From the NCBI GenBank assembly GCA_965221125.1, contig CBDCRW010000004.1, positions 800,001-864,000 on the forward strand: a stretch of DNA of 64,000 nucleotides, read 5' to 3'. The translations under genes were made by a program, and so were the position numbers. How positions within the stretch are numbered: position 1 is the stretch's first letter; every line of letters starts with the position of its first letter. Below, one piece after another: positions 45,778 through 55,429 of the stretch. The stretch comes from Alphaproteobacteria bacterium. GTDB lineage: Bacteria > Pseudomonadota > Alphaproteobacteria > UBA828. Under the pieces are notes generated by a model that was not told the origin of the DNA, did no database searches, and was given only the letters and a program-made list of their open reading frames with translations.

Positions 45778-46268
45778 CACAGCCGCTCCGCCGCCTGGCT
45801 CGCGGCCAACAGTTCGTCCGTCAACACGAGCTTCGCCGCGCGAATCCCGTCGAAGGGCAACGACACGTCCCGCTCGTCCACGGTCATGCGCACGCAACCG
45901 TCGCCGGCGCCCTGCAGCAGGCCGCGGAAACGGCGCCGGCCCTGCAGCGGCTCGCTCATCTCCACCTTGGCCTCGAAGCCGGCGAAGCGGGAAAAATCCG
46001 CGAGCCGCACCAGCGGGCGGTCGATCCCCGGCGAGCTGACCTCGAGCGTGTGCTCGGCGGCCGGCAGGTTGTCGTTCTCGAATTGTGCCGTGATGGCGCG
46101 GCTCGCCGCAGCGCAGTCGTCCACGGTCAGCGGCACGCGGTCGGCCCGCTCGATCATCACCTGAAGCACCGTCTGCCTGCCCCCGCCAAGGCGGATTCGC
46201 ACGACCTCATAGCCCATCGCCGCCAGCATCGGTGCAATCGCACGTTCGATCTGCCGTTCCGTGTCCAC
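45777..46268 (-). CDS. rimP: Ribosome maturation factor RimP
   Basis: LQVMIER, TVDDC, LEVSSPGIDRPL, GRRRFRG; start uncertain (GTG 46268 or 46286). Confidence 0.95.
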   Translation of the reverse strand: MDTERQIERAIAPMLAAMGYEVVRIRLGGGRQTVLQVMIERADRVPLTVDDCAAASRAITAQFENDNLPAAEHTLEVSSPGIDRPLVRLADFSRFAGFEAKVEMSEPLQGRRRFRGLLQGAGDGCVRMTVDERDVSLPFDGIRAAKLVLTDELLAASQAAERL

Positions 46269-46298
46269 GTCTCGCGTCTTCGTCACACCACAGGACAG

Positions 46299-46325
46299 AA
46301 AAAAGGCGGGCCAGCACTGCCCACC
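46299..46325 (-). terminator. Intrinsic-terminator-like hairpin in the rimP-nusA leader
   Basis: Minus strand GGTGGGC-AGTGCTG-GCCCGCC-TTTTTT just upstream of rimP. Confidence 0.55.
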
Positions 46326-46448
46326 ACGATCACTCAAAACCCTGGGCATACTACACGCGGCACCCTTCGCGCCCGAAGAGCACCGCAGCGCTAACCTATC
46401 GCGCTCGGTGCCCCGACTTCAAGGAGTTTCTCCCCTTTGGCGCCCGTT

Positions 46449-46496
46449 CTCCCTCTCCTCCCCGCCGGGGAGGAGAGGGCTGGGGTGAGGAGGGGG
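46449..46496 (+). repeat. REP-like CCCTCTCC...GGAGAGGG palindrome, copy 1
   Basis: CTCCCTCTCCTCCCCGCCGGGGAGGAGAGGGCTGGGGTGAGGAGGGGG; near-identical copy at 52276. Confidence 0.75.
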
Positions 46497-46533
46497 CGAT
46501 GGCAACCGTGTTCGCGGCGAACCCGCGCAAGCC

Positions 46534-47232
46534 TCAGCGGGGAACGCGGACGTAGCGCAGGAACACCGGCGGCCGGCCGGCGGCGCGGGCCTTCTGCTCG
46601 TAGCGAGTCTCGGGCCAGTCGGCCGGCCGCGACGGCCATGCGCCCGCGCCCTGCTCGGGCCCCTCGAACGCCCCGCTCGCCGCGACCCGCTCCAGCGTCC
46701 ATTCCACGTAGTCCCTGTCGTCGGACGCCCATCGGAACTCCGCGCCGTCCTTCAGGATGCGCGCGAAGCCCGTGAGCGTCTCGGCCGCGATCAGGCGGCG
46801 CTTGTGATGACGCTTCTTGGGCCAGGGGTCGGGAAACAGGACGAACAGCCGCCCGATGCAAGCGTCGGGCAGGCGATCTATCAGGAGGCGCGCATCGTCG
46901 GGGAAGATGCGGACGCGCCCGGCCGTGCCGTCGTCCTCCAGGTGGCGCAGGAGGCCGGCGATGCCGTGCACGAACGGCTCGCAGCCGATGAAGGCCACAT
47001 CCGGGTTGGCGCGGACCTGATGGGCAAGGTGCTCGCCGGCGCCGAAGCCGATCTCAAGCCAGAGATCCCGGAGCGGTTCCGGGAACAGGGCGCGCGGGTC
47101 CAGCCGCGCGCCCTCGCCCGCGGGAAGCGCGATCCGGCGTGCCGGCAGGGAGCGCTCAAGCAGCGCCCGGCGGCCGGGGCGGAGACGGTAGCCGAGCCTT
47201 CGCCCGTAGACGCGGCGCCGGGGCTGCTCCAT
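46534..47232 (-). CDS. trmB: tRNA (guanine-N7)-methyltransferase
   Basis: LEIGFGAGEH, FIGCEPF, FPDPWPKKRHHKRR, TRYEQKA. Confidence 0.97.
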   Translation of the reverse strand: MEQPRRRVYGRRLGYRLRPGRRALLERSLPARRIALPAGEGARLDPRALFPEPLRDLWLEIGFGAGEHLAHQVRANPDVAFIGCEPFVHGIAGLLRHLEDDGTAGRVRIFPDDARLLIDRLPDACIGRLFVLFPDPWPKKRHHKRRLIAAETLTGFARILKDGAEFRWASDDRDYVEWTLERVAASGAFEGPEQGAGAWPSRPADWPETRYEQKARAAGRPPVFLRYVRVPR

Positions 47233-47263
47233 CGCGTGCGGAGCGGACGCCGGGCGGCGGCCC

Positions 47264-48433
47264 CTACCCCACCGCGGCGAGAAGCGGGTCGACGAGGTCC
47301 GTCCGTTCCCAGGAGAAGCCGCCGTCGGCCTCGGGCTCGCGGCCGAAATGGCCGTAGGCCGCCGTCCGCTCGAAGACGGGGCGCGCCAGGCTCAGATGCT
47401 CGCCGATGCCGCGCGGCGAGAGGTCCATCACCGATTCGAGCGCCGCAGCGAGCCTGGCTTCGTCGACCGCGCCGGTGCCGTGGGTGTCGACGTAGACCGC
47501 GAGCGGGTGGGCCACGCCGATGGCGTAGGCGAGCTGGATCGTGCAGCGCGACGCGAGGTTGGCGGCGACCACGTTCTTGGCCAGGTAGCGCGCCGCATAC
47601 GCCGCCGAGCGGTCGACCTTGCTCGGGTCCTTGCCCGAGAAGGCACCGCCGCCGTGGGGCGCCGCGCCGCCGTAGGTGTCGACGATGATCTTGCGGCCCG
47701 TGACGCCGGCATCGCCGTCCGGCCCGCCGATCACGAAGCGGCCGGTCGGATTGACGTAGAACCATTTTTCGTCGCACATCCAGCCGTCGGGGAGCGCGGC
47801 CACGACATAGGGGCGCACGATCTCGCGCACGTCGTCCTGCGACAGCTCCGCCGCGTGCTGGGTCGAGACGACGACGGAGGTGGCGCCCTTAGGCACGCCG
47901 TCCTCGTAGCGGAGCGTCACCTGGCTCTTGGAATCGGGGCCGAGGCCGGGCGCATCGCCGGCGTGGCGGGCCTCCGCGAGCGCGGCCAGGATGGCGTGGG
48001 CGTAGTGGAGCGGCGCCGGCATGAGCGCGTCGGTTTCGCGGCAGGCATAGCCGAACATGATGCCCTGGTCGCCCGCGCCCTGGTCCTTGTTGCCGGCCTG
48101 GTCCACGCCGAGCGCGATGTCGGCCGATTGCGCGTGGACGTGGATCTCGACGGCGGCCTTGGCCCAGTGGAAGCCCTCCTGCTCGTAGCCGATCTCGCGG
48201 ACGCAGTTGCGCGCGATGCTCTCAAGCGCGTCTGCGGTGATCGAATCGGGGCCGCGCACCTCGCCGGCCAGGACCATCCGGTTGGTCGTGACCAGGGTCT
48301 CGCAGGCCACGCGGGCGTTGGAATCGAGTGCCAGGTAGGCATCGACCACCGCATCGGAGATGCGGTCGCAGACCTTGTCCGGGTGCCCTTCCGACACCGA
48401 TTCGCTGGTGAACAGGTACTCTCCTCGCCCCAC
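47264..48433 (-). CDS. metK: S-adenosylmethionine synthetase
   Basis: [44 protein letters not shown]; GTG start 48433. Confidence 0.98.
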   Translation of the reverse strand: MGRGEYLFTSESVSEGHPDKVCDRISDAVVDAYLALDSNARVACETLVTTNRMVLAGEVRGPDSITADALESIARNCVREIGYEQEGFHWAKAAVEIHVHAQSADIALGVDQAGNKDQGAGDQGIMFGYACRETDALMPAPLHYAHAILAALAEARHAGDAPGLGPDSKSQVTLRYEDGVPKGATSVVVSTQHAAELSQDDVREIVRPYVVAALPDGWMCDEKWFYVNPTGRFVIGGPDGDAGVTGRKIIVDTYGGAAPHGGGAFSGKDPSKVDRSAAYAARYLAKNVVAANLASRCTIQLAYAIGVAHPLAVYVDTHGTGAVDEARLAAALESVMDLSPRGIGEHLSLARPVFERTAAYGHFGREPEADGGFSWERTDLVDPLLAAVG

Positions 48434-48613
48434 GGCTTCCCCCGATTTCCATGATGTTGCGGAGGCGGGCGGCGGGCGGCCGCGCCGCGGGCCGGTTTTC
48501 GCAGCGTTCGCGGGAGCGGTCAAGCGCGCCCGCGCAGACCATGACCCTGGCGCGACATCCGGGCTAGAGTGACGGCGGAACAAGGCGGTGGCTTACCGAC
48601 AGGGAGGGAGCGA

Positions 48614-49399
48614 ATGCTTGCCGATATCCGGGGCGTGGGGATCAACTACGAGGTTTCGGGAAACGAAGACGGGCCCTGGCTCACCTTCTCCAACTCGCTG
48701 GCCACGAACCTCGGCATGTGGAGCGAGCAGGAGGCGGCGCTCCGGGGCGACTTCCGCATCCTCCGCTACGACAAGCGCGGGCACGGCAAGTCGGCGCCGG
48801 TCGAGGGGCCGTACACGTTCGACGATCTGATCGGCGACGTCGTCGGCCTCTGGGATCACCTGGGCATCGCCAAGAGCTACCTCGTGGGCCTCTCCATCGG
48901 CGGGATGACGGCGCAGGGCCTGGCGCTGCGCCACGGCGAGCGCATCGCGGCCACGGTGATGGCGAACACCACGGCGCACTGCAGCGCCGATTTCCGCGCC
49001 GCCTTCGATGGCCGGGTGGCGGCGGTGGCGGACGGCGGTATGGAGGCGGTGGTCGAATCGACCATCGAGCGCTGGTTCAGCGAGAGCTACCGGACGAGCG
49101 GCGCCGCGTGGCTCGAGGACGTGCGGGGCATGATCCGCACGACCTCGGTGGCGGGCTACACGGGCTGCGCGCGGGCCATCCAGGGCCTGGCCTATCTCGA
49201 CGAGCTGGCTACGCTCGACCATCCCGTCCTGCTGATCGCGGGTGCGCACGACCCCGCCACGACGCCCGCCGACATGCGCCTCATGCACGAGCGGATCAGA
49301 GGCTCGGACTATGTCGAGCTCGACGCCGCCCATCTCTCCAACATCGAGCAATCGCCGGCCTTCACGGCCGCGCTGAAGGAGTTCTTCGCCAAGAATTAG
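48614..49399 (+). CDS. pcaD: 3-oxoadipate enol-lactonase family alpha/beta hydrolase
   Basis: FSNSLATNLGMW, LRYDKRGHGKS, GLSIGG, TIERWF, AAHLSNIEQ. Confidence 0.85.
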   Translation: MLADIRGVGINYEVSGNEDGPWLTFSNSLATNLGMWSEQEAALRGDFRILRYDKRGHGKSAPVEGPYTFDDLIGDVVGLWDHLGIAKSYLVGLSIGGMTAQGLALRHGERIAATVMANTTAHCSADFRAAFDGRVAAVADGGMEAVVESTIERWFSESYRTSGAAWLEDVRGMIRTTSVAGYTGCARAIQGLAYLDELATLDHPVLLIAGAHDPATTPADMRLMHERIRGSDYVELDAAHLSNIEQSPAFTAALKEFFAKN

Positions 49400-49600
49400 A
49401 GCGCGTCCGGCATTGACGGACGCGCTCCAGGCCGCGACCGCGGCCCGCCGCGAATGCGGCGCCCTCGCGGAGGCGCCGGCCGTCGCGCCGGAGGCGCGCG
49501 GAATCGATAGCGCCGGCAGGCGCGCACAATCGCAAGACGGCCGGCTGCCGTGAGCGATAAAGGCATGGAGCGTTTCCGCGCAAAGTGGAAACGCTCCATG
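49397..49600 (+). repeat. Palindromic intergenic mosaic repeat (RIME/Bru-RS-like), copy 2
   Basis: Hairpin GAGCGCGTCCG..CGGACGCGCTC, core CCGTGAGCGATAAAG, terminal hairpin CATGGAGCGTTTCC..GGAAACGCTCCATG. Confidence 0.8.
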
Positions 49601-49652
49601 AGTTGCCGGGGCGACGAGGGACAGCCGCCCCGGCACCCACCGACAACGCCGC

Positions 49653-50657
49653 TCACTCGGTCGTCGTGTGAATCGGCGCGTCGGGATGGAAGGCGTGGAA
49701 GGCGAAGGCGAAGCTGATGTCGTAGGGCACGTCTTCCAGGCCGTCGCCGCCGTTGCGCTGCACCACCACGTTGCCGACGTCGCGGCCGTCCGCAATCGTG
49801 CGGCTGTCGAGAGCCGAGTTCTGGCCGGCCTCCCAGGTGATGACCAGGTCGCCCCGCTCGAAGCGCCCGGCTTCGCGAATCAGCGCGAGGCTCCAGGCCT
49901 CGTCGTCCACCACCACCACGCGGGCGAGCGGCGCGATCCCCTCCGGCAGGTCGCCGCGATAGAGGAAGGGGCTCGTGGACGAATCGTAGCGCGCATACGG
50001 GTTCACGCCGTAGGCGCGGGCGCCGTCGTTCTCCGGCACCAGGACGAGGGCGTCCGCGCCGGCGCGCTCGCGATAGCGGGCGAAGGATTCGACCCGCGAC
50101 GGCAGCCGCTTGAGCACGGTGCCGGTGTGGACGCCGACGATCCCCTCGCCAGTGAACTGCTGCCACCAGCTCTCGGTCTGGCGGTCGTACATCACGAGGT
50201 CCGAGTTGCGGAGCTTGCCGGTGGTGCCGAAGTCCAGCACCGCGTCGCCCACGCGCCGGTCGTAGACGACGGCCGAGTTGCAGAGCGGGCAGAAGGTGAC
50301 CGAGACCGGCACGCCGCCCGCCGTGTCGTTGACGATCTCGTGCCACATCAGGATCTGCAGCGGATAGGCGCGATGCTCGCCGCCGAGCAGCACGCTGATC
50401 ACGGGCTCGGTGTCGGCAAGGTGGTCGATCTCGCCGGCGGACACGAAGACCGGATTGTCGACCGCTGGAATGCCGTCCTTGGGCGGCCCGCCGGACATGA
50501 TCTCGTCGAAGTCGATCGACGCCTTCGAGAAATCCGTCTCGCCCCATTCGTACAGCCAGTTGGAGGGCGCCTCGCGCGCCATCGCCGGCTGGATCGAGAG
50601 CGCCGCGACGAGCGCGAGAGCGGGAACGGTGAACGCTGAAAGAGCAAGGCTCCGCAT
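49653..50657 (-). CDS. DUF3179 domain-containing exported protein
   Basis: Signal peptide; SGGPPKDGIPA, RAYP..WHEIVND, TFCPLCNS, FGTTGKLRNSDLVMYDRQTESWWQQ, FAFHAFHP. Confidence 0.9.
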   Translation of the reverse strand: MRSLALSAFTVPALALVAALSIQPAMAREAPSNWLYEWGETDFSKASIDFDEIMSGGPPKDGIPAVDNPVFVSAGEIDHLADTEPVISVLLGGEHRAYPLQILMWHEIVNDTAGGVPVSVTFCPLCNSAVVYDRRVGDAVLDFGTTGKLRNSDLVMYDRQTESWWQQFTGEGIVGVHTGTVLKRLPSRVESFARYRERAGADALVLVPENDGARAYGVNPYARYDSSTSPFLYRGDLPEGIAPLARVVVVDDEAWSLALIREAGRFERGDLVITWEAGQNSALDSRTIADGRDVGNVVVQRNGGDGLEDVPYDISFAFAFHAFHPDAPIHTTTE

Positions 50658-50884
50658 CGGGTCATCCTCCGTCCTGTGACGGGTGGAATGTCGGGTCTGC
50701 CGGGGCGCGGCGCCAATCGCGATGCTTCAACTTGTCGTGACGAGGCCCGCGCCGGCTCGGCCCAGCATCCCGCGCTGCTGCCGAATTCACCGAATAATGT
50801 TCTAAATCAATGGGCTATACGAAATTGGCTTCGTTTTGCAATTTCGTCTTTTTCCGCCCGCCGCCCCCGGACGAACTTTCCCGG

Positions 50885-51676
50885 TCAGCCGGCGGCGGCC
50901 ATCGCGCGCTGGGCCATGACGCCCACCAGGTGCGCGCGGTACTCGGCGCTCGCGTGGATATCCGCGTTGAGGCCGTCCGCCGAGAGCGCCGGCAGCTCGG
51001 CGTCGGCATCGAGGGAGCCGCCCAACGCGGCCTCCATGGCGGTGGCGCGGAACACGCAGGGCCCCGCCCCGGTCACGGCGATGCGCACGCCGTCCGCCGT
51101 CTCCGCCGCCATGACGCCGACGATGGCGTAGCGCGACGCCGGGTTGGGGAACTTGGCGTAACCGGCCTTCGCCGGCCGGGGGAAGCGCACCGCCGTGATG
51201 ATCTCGCCCTCCTCCAGCGCCGTCTCGAACAAGCCGGTGAAGAAGTCGTCCGCTGCGATGGTGCGTGCGTTCGTAACCACGGTGGCGGCGAGGCCGACAA
51301 GCGCGGCCGGATAGTCAGCCGCCGGGTCGTTGTTGGCGACCGACCCGCCGATGGTGCCCTTGTTGCGCACCTGCGGGTCGCCGATCTTGCCCGCGAGCGC
51401 GGCAAGCGCCGGGATCGCGCCCCGCACCTCGGCCGACGCCGCGACCGCCGCATGGGGCGTGCGCGCGCCGACCTCGACCGCCGCGCCATCGACCGCGATG
51501 CCGGCGAGCCCCGCGATCCCCGCCAGGTCGATCAGGTCCGACGGCGCCGCGAGGCGCTGCTTCATCGTCGGCAGCAGCGTGTGGCCGCCGGAGAGATAGG
51601 CGCCGTCCTCCGCCGCCCGAAACGCGGCGGCGGCGTCCTCGACCGATGTGGCCCGGTGGTAATTGAATGCGTGCAT
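50885..51676 (-). CDS. Xanthine dehydrogenase family FAD-binding subunit (CoxM-like)
   Basis: SGGHTLLPTMKQRLA, IGDPQVRNKGTIGGS, NNDPAAD, KFPNPASRYA, HASAEYRAHL. Confidence 0.93.
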   Translation of the reverse strand: MHAFNYHRATSVEDAAAAFRAAEDGAYLSGGHTLLPTMKQRLAAPSDLIDLAGIAGLAGIAVDGAAVEVGARTPHAAVAASAEVRGAIPALAALAGKIGDPQVRNKGTIGGSVANNDPAADYPAALVGLAATVVTNARTIAADDFFTGLFETALEEGEIITAVRFPRPAKAGYAKFPNPASRYAIVGVMAAETADGVRIAVTGAGPCVFRATAMEAALGGSLDADAELPALSADGLNADIHASAEYRAHLVGVMAQRAMAAAG

Positions 51677-51809
51677 GGCGTGCGCTCCTCTGCGGCCAGA
51701 CTATGGCCTTCGCTCAGGTTTTGCCAGGGCACCATGGTCCGGGTCCGCCGGCCTTTCGGGCGCCCGCCGGCGCCGGCTACGATGCGCGCTCGCGGGAGAG
51801 GAGGCGCGG

Positions 51810-52196
51810 GTGGTCACGCTCAGGCGCGCCCAGATCGTCAATCTGGTCGAGCACAGCTACTACAGCAATATCGATTTCCGCCGCCTCGGCACGGTGCTCG
51901 ACTGCTTCGCCCAGGACGCGGTGCTCTCGGTCGACGGCCGGCACCACCGCGGGCGCGACGGCGAGATCAGGCAGTACCTCACGCAGATGCTGGCGGACCA
52001 CCCCACGATCCGCCACGCGGTGCTGAGCCACGAGGTCGACGAGGCCGGGCAGCAATCGACCTGCCGATTCTCGCTCCGCCTCGAAGACGCGAAGGGGGGC
52101 GCGCGCGAGGTCGGCGGCAGAGCCACCTTCCGCCTCGAGAACGGCAAGCTCGCGGCCGTGACGATCGAGAGCGACGGCAGCGGCCGCTCAATATAG
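51810..52196 (+). CDS. NTF2/SnoaL-like domain protein
   Basis: YYSNID...LDCFAQDAVL...HRGRDGEIR...H pattern; GTG start behind GAGGAGG. Confidence 0.7.
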   Translation: MVTLRRAQIVNLVEHSYYSNIDFRRLGTVLDCFAQDAVLSVDGRHHRGRDGEIRQYLTQMLADHPTIRHAVLSHEVDEAGQQSTCRFSLRLEDAKGGAREVGGRATFRLENGKLAAVTIESDGSGRSI

Positions 52197-52275
52197 TCCT
52201 TGCCACGCACTCCGGGCCGAAAACCCCCCTCCCCCAAAGGCGGAGGGGGGATGCTGTCGTGGACGGCGGCGCCTA

Positions 52276-52323
52276 CTCCCTCTCCTCCCCTCGGGGGAGG
52301 AGAGGGCCGGGGAGAGGTGGGGG
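52276..52323 (+). repeat. REP-like CCCTCTCC...GGAGAGGG palindrome, copy 2
   Basis: CTCCCTCTCCTCCCCTCGGGGGAGGAGAGGGCCGGGGAGAGGTGGGGG; a related hairpin CCCCCTCC..GGAGGGGG lies at 52224-52250. Confidence 0.75.
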
Positions 52324-52392
52324 CGACGGTGCGTTTGCGTTTGCGAGGCCGATGCGCTCAAGATGCACTGGGCTAGAGACGCGGGGTGCGGC

Positions 52393-53037
52393 ATGGCTTC
52401 GGATATCGACATCTACAAGACGCAGAATTTCGGGAACCGTCTGGGCTTCGGCGAGAAGGCGGCGCTGCTCATCGTCGATTTCGTCAACGGCTTCACCGAC
52501 CCGGCGAAGTTCGGCGGCGGCAACATCCAGGAGGCGATCGACACCACCGTGGGGCTGCTCGCCTTCTGCCGCGAGCGCGGCGTGCCAGTGGCGCACACCC
52601 GCGTGATCTTCGCCGACGACGCGGCGGACGCGAACATCATGTGCATGAAGGTGCCCTCGCTCAAAGGCCTGACGGAGGACGCGCCGGATAGCCAGATCGT
52701 GGACGAGCTGGCGCCGCAGCCAGGCGAGATCGTCGTCCGCAAGCGGGTGCCGTCGGCCTTCTTCGGCACCGACCTCGCGCCGGCCTTCGCGAAGATGCGC
52801 GTCGACACGGTGATGGTCGCGGGCTGCACCACGTCCGGCTGCGTGCGCGCGAGCGTGCTGGATGCCATGTGCCACGGCTTCCGCCCGGTGGTGATCGGCG
52901 ACTGCGTGGGCGACCGGGCGCTCGGCCCCCACGAGGCCAACCTCTTCGACATGGCCCAGAAGTACGCCGACATCGTCACCAGCGCCGAGGCGATGGACAC
53001 GCTCTCCGGCGCTGTCGCAGCCGAGGCGGCCGAGTAG
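52393..53037 (+). CDS. Isochorismatase family cysteine hydrolase (maleamate/N-carbamoylsarcosine amidohydrolase-like)
   Basis: ALLIVDF, K..PSAFFGT, GCTTSGCVRASVLDA, PHEANLFD. Confidence 0.9.
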   Translation: MASDIDIYKTQNFGNRLGFGEKAALLIVDFVNGFTDPAKFGGGNIQEAIDTTVGLLAFCRERGVPVAHTRVIFADDAADANIMCMKVPSLKGLTEDAPDSQIVDELAPQPGEIVVRKRVPSAFFGTDLAPAFAKMRVDTVMVAGCTTSGCVRASVLDAMCHGFRPVVIGDCVGDRALGPHEANLFDMAQKYADIVTSAEAMDTLSGAVAAEAAE

Positions 53038-53046
53038 CGCCCCGCC

Positions 53047-54075
53047 GTGAAGGCGGCCGTCATCCGCGCCCACGGCGGCGTGGAGAACCTGCTCTACGAG
53101 GAGGTCGAGACGCCCCGGCCCGGACCTGGCGAGCTGCTCGTGCGCATCCGGGCGAGCGGCATCAACCACCTCGACCACGACGTGCGCGAGGGCGTCTCCG
53201 GCATCCCGGTGACGCTGCCGCACGTGCCCGGCTGCGAAGGCGTGGGCGAGGTGGCGGCGCTCGGCCCCGGCGTGGACGGCCCGCCCGTGGGCTCCCGCGT
53301 CGCCATCGACTTCGCGCAAGGCGATCCGCTGTCGGAGCCCTGGCTGAGCGGCCTCGACGGCGTGGATTTTACGCACGGCCGCATCGGCGCCGGCCAGTGG
53401 GGCACGCACGCGGAGTACTGCGTCTCGCACGCGCTCTCGGTGATCCCGCTGCCGGACGCGCTCCCCTTCGAGACCGCCGCCGCCGGCATGATCGGCCTCG
53501 GCACCGCGTGGCACATGACGGTGGCGCTGGGCCGCGTGCAGGCGGGGCAGACGGTGCTGGTCAACGCGGCCGGCAGCGTGGTCGGCTCGTCGGCGATCCA
53601 GGTGGCGCTGCTGCACGGCGCGCGGGTGATCGCGAGCGCGGGCTCCGCCGCCAAGCTCGAGAAGGCGCGCGAACTCGGCGCGGCCGAGACCATCGATTAT
53701 TCGCGCCAGAGCATCCGCGACGAAGCGCTGCGCTTCACCCACGGGCGCGGCGTCGACCTCGTGATCGAGAGCGTGGGCGGCGACGTGCTGCGCCAGAGCA
53801 TCGACGCGGTCTGCTTCAACGGCCGCCTCGTCACCTGCGGCGCGCACGCGGGCGAAGAGGTGCCGCTCAACGTGATCGAGCTCTTCCGCAAGCACATGAC
53901 GATCCACGGCAGCCATTTTTGTGGCCGCCGCGAGCTGGCGACCGTCTTCGCGCTGATGGCGGAGGGCCGGCTCGGCCCGGTGATCGATACCGTCTACCCG
54001 CTCGCCGAAATACAGACCGCCGCGCGGCGGACCGCAGACCGCGACGTCTTCGGCAAGATGGTGCTGGTGCCGTAG
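53047..54075 (+). CDS. MDR family (zinc-binding dehydrogenase/quinone oxidoreductase-like) protein
   Basis: PRPGPGELLVRIRASGINHLD, PHVPGCEGVG, AAGSVVG, GRGVDLVIESVG, FGKMVL. Confidence 0.9.
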   Translation: MKAAVIRAHGGVENLLYEEVETPRPGPGELLVRIRASGINHLDHDVREGVSGIPVTLPHVPGCEGVGEVAALGPGVDGPPVGSRVAIDFAQGDPLSEPWLSGLDGVDFTHGRIGAGQWGTHAEYCVSHALSVIPLPDALPFETAAAGMIGLGTAWHMTVALGRVQAGQTVLVNAAGSVVGSSAIQVALLHGARVIASAGSAAKLEKARELGAAETIDYSRQSIRDEALRFTHGRGVDLVIESVGGDVLRQSIDAVCFNGRLVTCGAHAGEEVPLNVIELFRKHMTIHGSHFCGRRELATVFALMAEGRLGPVIDTVYPLAEIQTAARRTADRDVFGKMVLVP

Positions 54076-54278
54076 GGGGAGTTACCGCCCCCGACGGTTT
54101 GCCGCATTCCCTTTTGTCGCTAGACAGCGCGTGTGTTCTCCAACTGAGGAGAGAGTCTGCAACCACGCTTTGCCCAATCGGAAGCGAGTGTTGGCTGTAT
54201 GGGCATTTCTCGCTACGCTCTGATATCTTGACCATCACCTGCCCTGGCGCCCCGTCTGACAAAGTCGAAGTTGCTCGC

Positions 54279-55367
54279 ATGGACATAGAACAGGCCTTGA
54301 AGGCAGCAGTCGGCCGACTTCAGTCTGGGCGGTTGGACAATGAGGCACAGGTCAAACAAGCCGTTATCCTCCCGGTTCTACGTGCCTTGGGCTGGGATGA
54401 CACAGATCCAGAAGCCTTTAAACCTGAGTACCGCGCGGGGAAAGGCTTGGTTGATTATGCATTGCTTGATCGTGGCAGACCACTAGTTTTCATAGAAGCA
54501 AAGCAACCTGGGAATCTGAGCGCTAGTGCGGAGAATCAGCTGTTTGGTTACGCCAATAATCGAGGTGTTCCATTTCTCGTTCTAACCGATGGAAATCGTT
54601 GGGACTTTTATCTCAGTATGGCAGACGGAGACCCCAGGGATCGGCAATTCTATGAAATGGAATTACAGTCAGATTATGCTGCTATTGGATATGCCACTTT
54701 TCTCAATGAACACCTCAAAAAAGACTCAGTCGTTTCGAGGAAAGCCCGGCTAAGTGCTGAGGAGTTACTTGCTCGCAGACGAGCCCTCGACAGAGCCCGC
54801 AAAGCGATTCCGAGAGTTTGGCGTGATCTGGTGAAGGAGCCAGACGAAACACTACGCGACTTACTTGCCGAGACTGTAGAGAGCACATGTGGGACGAGAC
54901 CTTTGCATGATGACGTGGTGACTTTCCTCAGAGACCTTCCCTCTCCCACCTTGCCGCCTGAGCCCACTCCGAATCCCACACCTGTTGCTCCCAAGCCTCA
55001 GCCCTCGCCACCCAGACCGGAATCTGCAAAGGCAAGAATTTCTGGCTTCATGATTGGAGGGGAACGCATCGAAGTTGGAACCGCGAGAGGAACACTGATC
55101 GCCATCATATTGAAATTTGATCAGAATGATCCAACCTTCATGGAGCGCTTCTACAAAGCGTCAACTACCAGACGTAGAAGACTTGTGTCACGAAACCGGG
55201 CCGAACTATACGATAAGCCGCACCTGGTAAGTGAAGCCAAGGACTTAGGCAATGGTTGGTGGATAGGAACCAACCTTAGCCAACAGCAAATTCGGTCACG
55301 CATAAAAACTGCTTGCAGCGTCGCGGGAATGGAATTCGGCCGCGAACTGAAACTGATTGAGCGCTAG
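54279..55367 (+). CDS. Restriction-endonuclease-like protein: HsdR_N PD-(D/E)xK domain, Pro-rich linker, SeqA-like C-terminal domain
   Basis: NEAQVKQAVILPVLRALGWD..PEY..VDYAL..FIEAK..QLFGYA..LTDGNRW; linker PPEPTPNPTPVAPKPQPSPP; C-terminal GWWIGTNLS; GC about 50% by eye. Confidence 0.8.
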   Translation: MDIEQALKAAVGRLQSGRLDNEAQVKQAVILPVLRALGWDDTDPEAFKPEYRAGKGLVDYALLDRGRPLVFIEAKQPGNLSASAENQLFGYANNRGVPFLVLTDGNRWDFYLSMADGDPRDRQFYEMELQSDYAAIGYATFLNEHLKKDSVVSRKARLSAEELLARRRALDRARKAIPRVWRDLVKEPDETLRDLLAETVESTCGTRPLHDDVVTFLRDLPSPTLPPEPTPNPTPVAPKPQPSPPRPESAKARISGFMIGGERIEVGTARGTLIAIILKFDQNDPTFMERFYKASTTRRRRLVSRNRAELYDKPHLVSEAKDLGNGWWIGTNLSQQQIRSRIKTACSVAGMEFGRELKLIER

Positions 55368-55429
55368 AGAGTAGGAAACCAGCGTCCTGATTGAGAAGTT
55401 CCCGTGATCAGTCAACACATCCCTCTCAC

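Noticed and set aside
48434-48613. SAM riboswitch upstream of metK
   Set aside because: I could not see SAM-II or SAM-SAH consensus elements; an Rfam scan would be needed to exclude one.
49653-50657. Selenoprotein recoding in DUF3179
   Set aside because: The motif is plain CPLC and the frame has no internal TGA.
50825-50840. Sigma-54 promoter TTGGCTTCGTTTTGCA
   Set aside because: The GG-to-GC spacing is 9 nt rather than the required 10.
52869-54278. Apparent 832-aa fusion ORF extending the nuclease upstream
   Set aside because: The extension is an alternative frame over the isochorismatase and MDR genes; family-like sequence begins at ATG 54279.
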